NCBI RefSeq assembly: GCF_001447785.1
Contig: NW_015164664.1
Location: forward strand, 774,274 to 838,273
From: Gekko japonicus
Lineage: Eukaryota
DNA: 64,000 nucleotides
Reading direction: 5' to 3'
This document shows, one piece after another, positions 52,801 to 64,000 of the stretch (position 1 is the first letter of the stretch; each line of letters opens with the position of its first letter). The position numbers and the translations under genes are program-made. A model generated the notes under the pieces. That model made no database searches. It saw only the letters and a program-made list of their open reading frames with translations, and was not told where the DNA came from.

Positions 52801-55800
52801 TTGATTTTGTAGATCTTCTCAATGGCTTCTGGGTGTTTGCATGAGGCAGCTAGAGCATAAACCGTGTCAGTGGGAACTCCACACACCCCTCCTGCATTCA
52901 ACTTTTCAGCAATGGTCCTCAGGCCACTGGTCCGATGGGAACTGGGGCTGATGCAAGGAGGAGAGGAAGGTGCTTCCTTTACAGCTGTCTCTGCCTGAAA
53001 ATGATTGAGCAAACAGGATTTATAGAACTAAAGGAGCACCCCAAGGAGCCATGACTCATGCCTACTAGGCAGGAAAACAGTAGCAGGCAGGGCCTGGACA
53101 GGGTCAATTTGGTCACTCTTGCAAGTTTCAAAATAGAAATCATCCCAGCTGATCTAACTGAAATGCAGAGTTCTAGGGGGACATCTCTTACCCTGAGGAG
53201 GGAGGGTCCCATCAGGATGAGCTCTCTGCCAAATATGCCATTTGCAAGAGATGCTGTCGCTCCATAGATGCAGAGAATGCTGAAGATGATCAACATAACA
53301 ACTGTAGAAAAAAGGACACATGTCAGTGTCTTGTCTCATGGGCCTCTTGGCATTTCTTGTTGCTAGCAAGCATCAGGACTTACTCTCAAGAGGCACCGGA
53401 AGGCTTTCCAGTGTGAAGAGAAGGAAGCAAACAATCAGCACCTCCATCACAGCTGTCAAACATAGGAGCACCAGGTTCGAGTAGGAGGCTGTGGGCAAAA
53501 GAGGAAGAGATATACTTAGTGTTACTGTGGGAGGGCCATAGGCAGGTATGAACTGATGAGTGAATGAGGTTCTCCCTCATTCCCTAGAATGCTCAGTGTG
53601 TTGGCAGGCTTTGATTTTCACAAGAACTGAACATGTGAGTAGGGGAGCTAACAAGGGGAGCTGTGCAAGACAACTCTATGTGTCTTGGCTGCTGGCTAGA
53701 GAACTGGCCTTGAAGCTTTCCCTTTGAGCATGTGCAAGAGCCACAGCAACTGGCTTTCACCCAATGAGCCACAACTCTGCTGGCAGGAGATCAACAATCC
53801 CATATTGTACTTTGGCTTACCTAAAATCATCAGAAACACATTGACAACCAAAAAGGCTACAGCTCCTGCTGTGAATCCCCCATCATTCCTTGGGTCAATG
53901 TTCAGTAAATTGCCTACAAAAAACCCAGCAAAAGAGCTTGTTGGAGCAAAGCAGACCAAGGACAAGGTCAAAGGAAGTGGACAATGTATTGTGTTGTGCT
54001 GCCTTTTAGCAGGGAACTCAGAACAGCTTGTGCAGAGTGGATTTCCTTTGGAGGAGGAAGGACTGGGTACAAGTGGTGGCTTTAAAATATTTGGTTTCCA
54101 AATTGGTTGGATGGGGTATTATGAAAGTACAGAAGCAAGCAGACTGGAAGGCTGTGCTAGTCCCAAAGCATAATCAGATCTGCAAGACCACTTCTCAAAT
54201 GAGAAGCATCCTAGCAGTTCTGCAAGCCACATCCAGACTCTGAAGAAGACTTTCAGGTCTCATAATGGCTGCACACACTCCCCCCCCCCTGCCATCAGAG
54301 CAGGTTCCAGTTTGCTTTTCAGCCCTCCTCCCATGCAGACATGTGTGACTCATATTCCACAAGTTAAAGGTTTCCATACCTCAGTGGTAAAGCCACAAGC
54401 AACCTGTAGCAATAGGACAGAATGCCTGCACTAAATCATCACCCAGGAACATGCCCTATTAGTATCTAATACAAGGACTCTATAACATGATTTTGCCTAT
54501 AGGGCCTCCTGCACTGGACTTTCTTTGGTCATCTGTTGCACCCATCCAGAGGGACAGTTGGGGAACCAACACAGCTTGCGTGTTTGGCACTGTCCCAGGT
54601 AGGTGGTTGACAAGGGATCATCCCACACAGCATATTTTCATTGTGGCCAGCACAGTCAAGAAGAATACAAAGTCAATAGGAAAGAGGGTTATTACCTGCA
54701 AACAGGAGCCAGGTCCAGGTTGCCCAAACAGCTGCATAGCAGAATGGCAAGACTGACCCAAATCTTCTCCCCCTCTGCACTTGCATTCTGCACACGTAAA
54801 GCTGGAATATGGCTCCTGGGATCAACACTGTGGGAATGCTGAGGTGCTGCCTGATGGGGTCTTTCAGAGACCCTTGGAGGGCAGAGAAGGCAGCCAGGCC
54901 ATTGCAGATGAAAAACAAGGCATTAGGAGCATCCGAGGGGGTCAGGTTGGGGGATTTGTTCGACTTTGATAGGCAGCTTTTGATGCTCATCAATGCTTTC
55001 TGGAGCTTTGAACTGGACATAACTTGAACCCCTATGGGAATCAAAGCCTTCTCAGCAACTGAGTTTACCAGGCTGGCAAAAGTGGTGTAGAGAGAGGTGG
55101 CTGTGTAGATACTGCAGGCAACCCCCCAAAATATATAGGCCCCTCTGATTGGAATCTGCTGAATGGTGGAAACTGTCAGAAGGACAAAGAGAGAATTGTG
55201 CACCACCTCGAGAACATCCCTGTTGAAGGACATCAAGAGGATGACACAGGCAGTGGCCAAGAAGAACCAGCCACCGACCATCCCTGCCCGGCTCAGCTGC
55301 ACATTCTTAGATTGGATGAAAACCGTCAGTGTGAACTCTTCCCAGGACATTACCAGCCAGAAAAGGCTGTGGACACCTGACTTGGTGGTATAATAGACAT
55401 CACCTCGCAAGTAGCCATAATAACTGGACAAAACATGGCCGATAGAGTTGATGCTCACCCACACAGTTCCTACATAGAAGTTACACATGTAACCAAAACA
55501 GTAGAAAGAAAAGATAAAGGAACTAATGAAGTCACACAGATTGCCCAGGGCCATGGGCTCAGCATACTTGGTGTTCTTCTTCTCTTCCCTGACATTCTTG
55601 GAAGAACTGCGGCTGGCTGACCCAAGCAAAAGGACATTGAAGAGAGGGTTCCCAAAGCCTGGCAGAATATATCGTTGAGTGATGCCCTTGAAAAGGAGTG
55701 CTATTGCACCATACAACCCACAGATGACAATGGCCAATTCCAAGACTCCTGAGACCACCAGAGCCCACTGGGCAAAGAGTCCGACTGCTTCAAACACCAA

Positions 55801-56770
55801 AGTCAAAGTGATGGCTCCAAAGACGAAGGGCATTATGTAGTTCACAGTTGCAGAACAGAAGGACAGGATGAAAGAAATGAAAATATAGGCCACCAAGCCT
55901 GCTACAGCACCATCCCTGGTGGAGAAACAGGCAGGGTCGAGTGAGGGGAGGGCAGAGACATTGCTGGGACTGAGGGATACATTCCCTGGCAAGAAATATG
56001 CCTCGGAAACAATGCGCGTGGCCCCGTAACTGCCCCATAGGCCAGCAAAAGCCAGGAAAGCTGTGCCACCCAAGTGGTCATACTTCCGGAAGGTCAACAA
56101 GCCAGCTAAGAGTTGAGACAGGCCTCCAATCAGGATGAGGTGAACTCCTAGGGGACCAAACAGAGTTAACCAGCAATGAGAATGGTTGTTAAAAGAGCTG
56201 AGCAACTCAAGGTTAAGACACTTTTGTTTCTGTGCAAATTCTGTGTTATAACTGGGGCATGCAAGGCGCTTCCTCTGGACTTTTAATCAAGCATTTAACA
56301 TAGATGTTGTGAGAGCTGAAAATGTATATTCTAGAAAATAAAGAGAAGATCCTTGTCTCAAAAAGACTTGAACTTTCTAAACAATTTCCCCAGTGTCCAA
56401 AGCTAGTGAGATCATCCCTCTATTTCCTGGTCCGCCCTTATTTATGTCAATGACAAGGGAGCCATTTTGCACAAGAGAGGTTGGGGTAGCGCCAGGTGAA
56501 GGACCCCTGCATCTGAATACAGCACCCACAGCAGAATGATGCTAGTGTTCATTGCTCTGCAGATGCACGGCTTAATTGGTAGAGGTGAAGGGTGAGGCTG
56601 GCTCTCTACTCACCGGCTAAGATGTTTTCCACCCCCTCAGGTTGGATGTTGCTTTGAGCAGAGGAGAAATTCTGCAGGCACACAAGGAATGCACTGATGA
56701 CATTCGCCAGAAGGCCCAGGACAGAGGGCTCGCTATAGAAGACAGCTGCAAAGCCTTCGGTGCTTGCCAT
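49785..56770 (-). CDS. Gene B: 873-aa multi-pass membrane protein, 3x GPR1/FUN34/YaaH (SatP)-like repeats plus C-terminal Sua5/YrdC (threonylcarbamoyl-AMP synthase-like) domain (10 coding exons)
   Basis: Exons 56770-56614, 56147-54696, 53913-53821, 53488-53384, 53301-53192, 52994-52800, 51843-51681, 50677-50512, 50367-50273, 49870-49785. All GT-AG and phase-compatible; total 2622 nt. GGLSQLLAGLLTFRKYDHLGGTAFLAFAGLW resembles SatP [31 protein letters not shown]. YrdC motifs: PTDTVYAL, KxRPxxKP, IRVP, TSANPSG, STVV, LREG. Confidence 0.9.
50273..50367 (-). CDS. Gene B exon 9
   Basis: RLGHWLDGVLCDGQSNEVVASTVVNCTKIDE-G; GTGAGC donor. Confidence 0.92.
50512..50677 (-). CDS. Gene B exon 8
   Basis: VGDGYDRVGTKDSIMIRVPDQTVTVHLIDMTGPLAITSANPSGETDSTHHDMVI; GTGAGT donor. 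Confidence 0.92.
51681..51843 (-). CDS. Gene B exon 7
   Basis: DRPQEKPICIFISNVDQLRAATPPFSPLLWEFMENVYPGGIGCIVKKGEWLKTL-G; GTGGGT donor. Confidence 0.92.
52800..52994 (-). CDS. Gene B exon 6 (start of YrdC domain)
   Basis: AETAVKEAPSSPPCISPSSHRTSGLRTIAEKLNAGGVCGVPTDTVYALAASCKHPEAIEKIYKIK; GTATGC donor. Confidence 0.92.
53192..53301 (-). CDS. Gene B exon 5
   Basis: ttctacag|TT: VMLIIFSILCIYGATASLANGIFGRELILMGPSLLR; GTAAGA donor. Confidence 0.9.
53384..53488 (-). CDS. Gene B exon 4
   Basis: cccacag|CC: SYSNLVLLCLTAVMEVLIVCFLLFTLESLPVPLE; GTAAGT donor. Confidence 0.88.
53821..53913 (-). CDS. Gene B exon 3
   Basis: ttttgtag|GC: NLLNIDPRNDGGFTAGAVAFLVVNVFLMIL; GTAAGC donor. Confidence 0.88.
54696..56147 (-). 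CDS. Gene B exon 2 (membrane repeats)
   Basis: Lies within the 510-aa ORF 54673-56205; ccctag acceptor, G|GTAATA donor; phase 1-1. Confidence 0.93.
56614..56770 (-). CDS. Gene B exon 1
   Basis: ACCATGG; MASTEGFAAVFYSEPSVLGLLANVISAFLVCLQNF...ENILA-G|GTGAGT. Confidence 0.88.
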
Positions 56771-59700
56771 GGTCTTGGACCTTTCCAGATGCAAAAAAAC
56801 AGGCAGTGAGAGCACAAGTCAGGGTGGGGAGAGGATTTTGGCACTAAAGGACAATTTTGAGACTGGAGCAAATGCCTGTAAAGTGGTGATTAACGAAGCC
56901 AGCTGGGCAATGAGGAGAAGGTCGCTCCTTCTTAAATGAATGTGCCTTTCATGGGGTCAGTGGAGTTGTGGTGCTCAGGAGCCATTAAACAGAACTGAAA
57001 GTGAAATTTGGTGATCTATAATTAGAAGCTCCTGTGTTCCAAAGGTTAAATGGGTCCATTGCATGAGAAGCGTGAGTGAGCTCCACTCTAACTCCTAGTT
57101 GGCATTTTCAAACTTTCTCTCCTGTGCACTCCCCATGCATATGAATGTAATTTTTAAAATGCACTAAATTGTCTAGAATTTATTACACATTTAGAATAAG
57201 AGGCAGGTGGGGCTTCTTTTTCTATCCTCTGCTGCACACACTAGCCTCAGGTGGGGCCTGGAGATCTCCCGCTTTTACAACTGATCTCCAGGTGACAGAG
57301 ATCAGCTCCCCTGGAGAAAATGGCTGCTTTGGAGGGTGGACTCTATGGCATTGTACTGTGCTGAGGCCCCTCCCCTCCCCAAACCCCACCCTGTCCTGGA
57401 TCCATCCCCAAAGTCTCCAGGTATTTTCCAACCCTGACCTGGCAACCCTATCCTCTGCTGTTGTGTGCATAAAACCCTGTGGGCAAACATCTTCTCAGTT
57501 TCGCATTCCCAATCTGAGGCTAAAGAAAGTGGACACGATCCATTGGGAAATGAGTAGGAACTGTGTAAGACCACTAATTGTTCCCTTTCACTTTCAGTTC
57601 AGTTCACACAACAAAATGATGTGAGTTAGGAAGGAAGAGGGAGCAGAAAAAAGTTGCAGAAAAAATACGAAAGGTGTAAGGTCTCATCTGATGAAACCTT
57701 AAGTGAAACGGTCTATTGAGTGCTGTACCGTCAGAAAAACTTGAGACCAATTTACTTCAAAGGAAACACCTAATGATTTGTCACTCACTGGATGATTAAA
57801 GAAGATATATATTTTTCCTAACAAGGTTTCGTTATCTTATCACAGTTGTTTTTCCTTACTAAGTACCACCTGGAGGTTGGCAGCCCTAATTGTACTCCTT
57901 GTCATTGCAGAAAGGATTGATAAATCCAGCTCTCCAAAAGCAAAATCTACGGGTGTTTGCATTGCAAAATGCATTGCAAAATAAATGCTATCAAATTGTA
58001 ACCAATTCATGGCGACCCCAGCAAGAGGCTTTCAAGGCATGTGAGAAGCAGAAGTGGATTGCCATTGCTTTCCTCTACAGAGTCTCCCTTGGTAGTCTCT
58101 CATCCAAGTATCAACTCTGCTTAGCTTCCAAGGTCTGACAACACTGGGTAATACCATGCCACCTTCCCTCCACTATGTTTCCAGAAGCACCATCTTAAAA
58201 GGACACAAGAAGAACCCTGTTGGATCCAATCAAGGCTCCATCTTTGTAGAGCCAGTAGATGGTCGGAGTTGTGGCTAAAGGGTTAGACCTGGGGGGGGGG
58301 GAGACTTGGGTTCAAATTCCTACTCTGGCCATGTAGTGTCATGGTCAGTCAATCAAACTAACCCACTTCACAGGGTTTTTGTGAAGGTCATCGAACTGAG
58401 TAAGGAAAACCATAAAAGCTGCCTTGAGCTCCTTGGAGAAAGGGCAGGATAAGAAATGTAATAATCTAGCAGTGGCCAGCCAGTTTTGGTGTTTTTTTTT
58501 TTTTAATCCTTCACAGGCTTAAACATCTGAACAAAACTAGATTGGGTCCAATTTCTTCTGAACCTTAGCTAGTATCTCTAAAATGGACCAAATAACATCA
58601 AAATGAGGAACAATCATAGATGCCAAAGAGTTAAGGGCATGGATTTGGGAGGCTAGAAGTTTACTCCCTGATTTTGTAGTATTTGACTCAGACCCAGTTG
58701 GCTCTTCCCAAAAGGTCCTTCATTGGTTCAGTCCTCTCTCTTTTTATCCCACTGGGATTTTCCAGCTCCACAACTCTGTTTTGAAACTCTGGATTGTAAG
58801 GACAGTACTTCAGAACCCTAAAGTTCCATTCGGGTTTTAGCATCACAATTTTGTGCACACAGTTGTTTCCCTCCAGACTTTTTGTCAAACCACAAAATAC
58901 TAAAAATAACACCAGACAGTTGATGATTGTTCTTTTGAAGCTGACTGCTGGCCGTTAAGGGGACAACAGATTTTCAGCTGCATCCAAAGATGCCTTTTGG
59001 GAGGCAGCCTGGGTGTGGTGGACAGGGAAGAGATGACACAGAAGCCTGCAAAAGCTTATCTGGGCATGAAAAGAGATGTTGGCTAGGGAAACCTGGTCAT
59101 GTTAGGCTATACATGAGTTCCAATTATTAAACTGAGCTGAGTGACTAGTAAATTTATGATCTGAACGGACTTTCAGGGTACCTGCAGACCTCTTGCTCTT
59201 ACAAATCTAAGGAAGCAAGATTAAGCAGGTCTACTCTGAAGTAAGTCCCATTTCGTTCAGTGGCCCCTGCTCTCAGGATTGCAGACTAACCCCCAGGGGA
59301 TATTCGGTTGGTCAGTATTTGGCATATGCTTGTAGACCTGAATCCCTTTGACGTGCTATGTATATAATAATACTATCAAACAAGGTCTTTATTGTATTGC
59401 ATGGCCATGGAACCGCCAGGCTTCCCATAGATATTTTCCGTTAACTTATTTGTTTAGGTTATTTATATGCCACCTTTCCAGTCTGAAGAACTGCTTGCAT
59501 TCTCCTGAATTAATAAGTACCTGGAGGTCACTCCATCTGGCCTCTGATTTAATCAGAAACCTTCATGCCCAACCCTACAGATTATATGCCATCAAGGCAC
59601 ATAATGTGCTACTAACACTCAACAAGTGTCACCTCTATTCCATGGGATGCTGGAAAAAAATTAATTAAAGGAATAAATTAGATGATTCAAACAGCACACT

Positions 59701-62700
59701 GTGAGGGATGGCTAGCAAAAGAAATACCCTATTTTATATCCTGGGAGTATTTGGAAGTCTTTATTGTTTGTTTAAACAGTATCACTAAGGATTTATGCGA
59801 TAGGCAAGTTTTCAGTTTCCTCATGGCTGCTGAAATACTTATGATTAGGATCGTTATGAACCTTTTTTCTGTGAATAGTTTTCCATAAGTCTGCCAGCTT
59901 GGCAGTATTTCCAAAGGAAGACAGGTCCAAATAATACCCACTTGGCTCCATGAATCATAATATATTTTTTTCACCTGGTGGGATTTTTAAATGTATTCCT
60001 GGGATTCCATTTTTTTTTAAGCAGCTATTTATTTCCTTGTTTAGACTTGGGGCCTGGCTGATAAGCTAGCTGTTCCTCAGCACAGTGTGATATGTCCAGT
60101 TTGGCTCCTCTCTCCCTCTCCTTCTTTCTAACATGATTTCAAATACCCCAGACTGTCAGACAGCAGCAAGCTGTATGGAAACACAAAGAGATACTGAACA
60201 GTTTCTGGGTTCAGGATAAACCTGAGGTTCATCAGAACCTCTGATCAAGCCCTCCTGGACAACTGCCTTTTCCTGTCTCACCTAAATCTCTTGATAACAT
60301 CTCTCCTTATTTTGCGGTATGGCTGAGGCTGTTAGTCACAGAACTAGATTTTACATATTTACATTTCCAGTTAATAATCTTTCCAGAGCATTCACATTTT
60401 AGCCATTCTTGTAGGTGAGTGAAATCCTGTCCAGAGTACAATGCAACATGTCTTGAAAAAGGTGGTGAAGTCAAAAGGTCTGTCATGATATGGACAAGCA
60501 TTCATACGACCAGCCTAATAAATTCAATACTGATAGAACTTTAGGGCCAAATCTGTTGTGTGAACCAGGCTCAGATTTGGGGAAAGTCATTTTCTTGCAC
60601 TTCTTTTTCATGTTGCTTATTTAGAGAATTTATACCCTTTTCCACCGAAACAGATATTAAGGCAATTTATGAGTAAAGATATAAAAACCAAAATTAAATA
60701 GCTACAATACGTAACACCCATCCCTTTAAAAAAGGCAATGATATTTTCAGATTTTTGCCTCTTTACCAAAGATTACACAACATTTCTCTGAAAGAACAGA
60801 TGCTGGGTTGAATTAATACTTCATATAATATCTATTTCTATATTGATGGAAATACACACACACACTGTTCAGTGTCATAACCAGATAAGACAGTGTGCAA
60901 TAAATGCCTTCTATTGAGCCAAAGATCAAGTTTTCTAAACACACAACTTGGTATATCACCATTATCAGTGCATAAGCACAACATAGATTTGATTCCTCTT
61001 CATTAGATATAAAGGGACGAACCACCAGGAGATAAAGATTCAAGGAATAACAGAGATAAAAGTCATGTCAGCAACAAAATATATCAACCTCAAGCAAGGG
61101 ATAACAAGCACCACAGAATGCAGGCAGAGGAATGTCTCTTCTAAGAGAGTTATTACCTGATCTGCAAGATATTTTGAATGAGTGGCAGCTCTGTCTTCTC
61201 TGCCTGTCATTTCCTGGTACACAACAGCTTTTATAATCCAGAGAAAATGGGAGGAGCCCAAGATATGTTTGGGGTCGTGTCATTTCTGGACATCTCTAGT
61301 ATTTGAATTGCTCTATGTTCCCTGAATTCTGCCCTCAGTATTGTTCTCACCCCTTCAATTAACTTCCCTGAAACAGGAAAAACCACCATCTGGGGCCCCT
61401 ACCACAAAGTGGCTGATGTCATCACCTGAAACCCGTTTGCAAGAGAGATATAAACCCTGACATCCATGAGCCCTTCAGACATAGCTCCAACCTCTCTGGA
61501 ACAAGGACATCCAAGAACTACAAACAGCCACCAGAATGGTCTATCTTACCCTGCAGGTAAAGGCTGCCTCTTGAGGTGAAAGCTGCTCCAAGTCTATTCT
61601 GTGACCAAAGTCTCTCTCTCTCTCTCTAAAAAAAAATAGGTCTACTTTCCAACCAAAATACAATATTTGATTATCTCATTGGCAAGTTTGCATTTGTATC
61701 CTTTGTGAGAAGATAAAGTCTGTCTTGTCAACTGCTTTTTGGAGAACTTCAGAATGTGTCTTGTTCTTTGATCTTGAATTCTTACATTACATATTTCTCT
61801 ATGCTGCTGCTTCTGACCAACTTGGTTACCTTCCTTGACAGCCAGCCAGGAATCTTGAAAAGATTTCCCCCCCAACCAAGCTTTTCTTCCTTACTCTACT
61901 TACTCATACAGACTGTTTGCTTTTTCTCCGCTTCTTGATCTAGGAGTCTTTTAACAGCTATGAACTAAGAGAGCAACAGAGGACATGTTTATCCAAACCC
62001 ATCCATTCAATTGCAGTGACCAATTCCATCTCTTTATGTTCCAGAAATCTCAGAAGGTTTTTGCTACATCCAGGCATGTGCACAAAGTGGCTGCTAAAGG
62101 TTTGTCTCTCTTTTGTAAAGACATTTACATATTTCCAAACAAATCTATTACTTGTTGCATTCTTTCTTCTTAGACAGCTTTAACTGCTGTAGAAATATAT
62201 CTCTCTCTCTCTCTCTCTTGGAGGGGGTGTAGGCATGCAGACTTGTCCTCAGGATCCTCTCTCAGCTTGGGAAAGAGCTCTGTGAGTTTGTCCCACCATT
62301 CAGCAATACGAGGAAATGAAACCTTGTTTAAGCTATGAGTCCAATTCTGTACTTATTCACATTGGTCCACAGCTTCAGTCTGAAGCCACTTACTATGAAG
62401 TGAGTCCCACTGAACTTGGTGAGACTTCTAGGAAATCAGGTTTAGGATTGTGCTGAAAATTTGCAGAGATTCAGATTAGAACAGTGGGACAGGATGTGTG
62501 TTTGTGTACTAGCAGATCTGTGGTCTGTAGGTACAGGATAAGGTTCCCTATCAGAAACTAATGCGGTCTGACCCTCCTACCCGGTCACCTACTCCCTGGG
62601 AGTCAAAGCAAGCAGCTCTGAGCTCCTTGATGAAAGAAGGGGAACAGACTCTAAAGCAAGATAATGTAAGAAAACCATGTTTGCCATCTTGTCTTTTTTC

Positions 62701-64000
62701 AGATGTGTTTTATATGGCAGTTCTCTTAAAAAGAGCAATAGAGAGAGCACTATGAAATCCAAAGCATTATTATTTTTGTCCCACACATTCCTGTGTACGC
62801 AACAAATGACTAAGTGTCCGTTTCCTCCCAAAAACAGACTTTGAGAAATGGATGGAGTGTGGCAATTGGTACTAGATATCTAACATATTTTCTTCAATGC
62901 TCACATTAGTATGATGTGAGTCAGAGCTAGCGGTGTAGTGGTTACAGCATCTGACTTAGGACTGAGGGGATCTATCTCCAAATACCTACTTGGCCGTGAA
63001 TCTCCTTGGGTGACCCAACCAGCCTCCAAGGTTGTTCTAAGGATAAAATAGAGGCGAGGAGAATCCTTAAATGAAGGATGGGGGGGGGGAAACCATAACA
63101 GATAGATGTGACTGAATGCAAGTGTGGTATAGTGGCTGAAGGGCCAAACTAGGAGGTGGGAGACCCAGGTATGAATCTCCACTCTACCATGAAAGCTTGC
63201 TGGGTTGGGACCTTGAGCCAGTCACACATTCTTAGCTTATCCTATCTCACAGGGTAATTGTGAAGAGAAAACTGAGAAGAGGGGAACAATGTAAGTTGCT
63301 TTGGGGTCCTCTCAGGGGAGAAAGGTGGGGTATAAATGAAGTCAGTAAATAATGTATGAAGCCGCCTCATACTGACTTGGACCGTTGGCCCATGTAGCTC
63401 AGTCTTGAGTCCAAATGGGCTTCCCAAACTCTTGTTTAAATTGGAGATGTTGGGGATTGAACCAGATACCTTCAGCAAGTGCTCAGCCATTGATTTATGA
63501 CCCCTTCCCAAACATCTATGAACACATGAAGCTGTCATGTTGAGTTAAACCATTGGTCCTTCTTGTGCAATACTTTCTACTCTGAGGAATGGCAACTACC
63601 CAAGACTTCAGGCAGAGAAGTGTCTTCCTCAGCCCTCCTACCTAAGAGCCAATAACTGAAAATAGGCCTTCTGTGTGCAATGCTGGTCCTGAGCTAGGGT
63701 TGCCAACCTCCAGCTGACACCTGAAGATCTCCTGCTATTACAATTGATCTCCAGACAACCAAGATCAGTTCCCCTGGAGAAAATGGCTGTTTTGGAGGGT
63801 GGACTGTATGGCATTATACCCTGTAGAGGTCTTTCCCCTCTCTGGCTCCATCCCCAAAATCTCAAGGTATTTCCCAGTCCAGAGCTGGCAGCCCTATCCT
63901 GAGCTATGGACTACCCCTGGAAATGGGAGGGAATAAGTGACAGGTAAACTCTTCCTCAGTTCCACCACAGTGGTTGCAAAGAGCATCCTTGTTCCAGCCT

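Noticed and set aside
49785-52994. Calling gene B (or A) the canonical YRDC
   Set aside because: It is fused to a large membrane region and present as two divergent paralogs; canonical YRDC is a small soluble protein.

Overview
Vertebrate genomic DNA, squamate by its repeats (Sauria SINEs, gecko-type hAT MITEs), with three N-gaps. The main content is a three-gene cluster that the ORF track only partly shows because the genes are spliced. (1) The first coding exon of a GATD3/ES1 (DJ-1/PfpI superfamily) paralog with no apparent transit peptide lies on the minus strand at 78-185. (2) Gene A (+, 3302-13454, 9 coding exons) is head-to-head with it. (3) Gene B (-, 56770-49785, 10 coding exons) converges on gene A. 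By manual splicing, A and B are both intact 873-aa proteins. Each has three tandem GPR1/FUN34/YaaH (SatP/AceTr carboxylate-channel)-like membrane repeats fused to a C-terminal Sua5/YrdC (TsaC)-like domain. B keeps the YrdC KxR motif and A has lost it, and the two share no intron positions in that domain. The ~36 kb between A and B is mostly transposon-derived: decayed L1s (one holding a ZNF217 retrocopy that is itself hit by a SINE), a complete-structure but decayed DIRS1-type retrotransposon, Sauria SINEs, hAT MITEs and a Helitron-like element. Two unidentified decayed coding-like tracts (47-48.7 kb and 58.5-62.4 kb) might be endogenous viral remnants, with low confidence. All family assignments are by-eye motif recognition; no searches were run.
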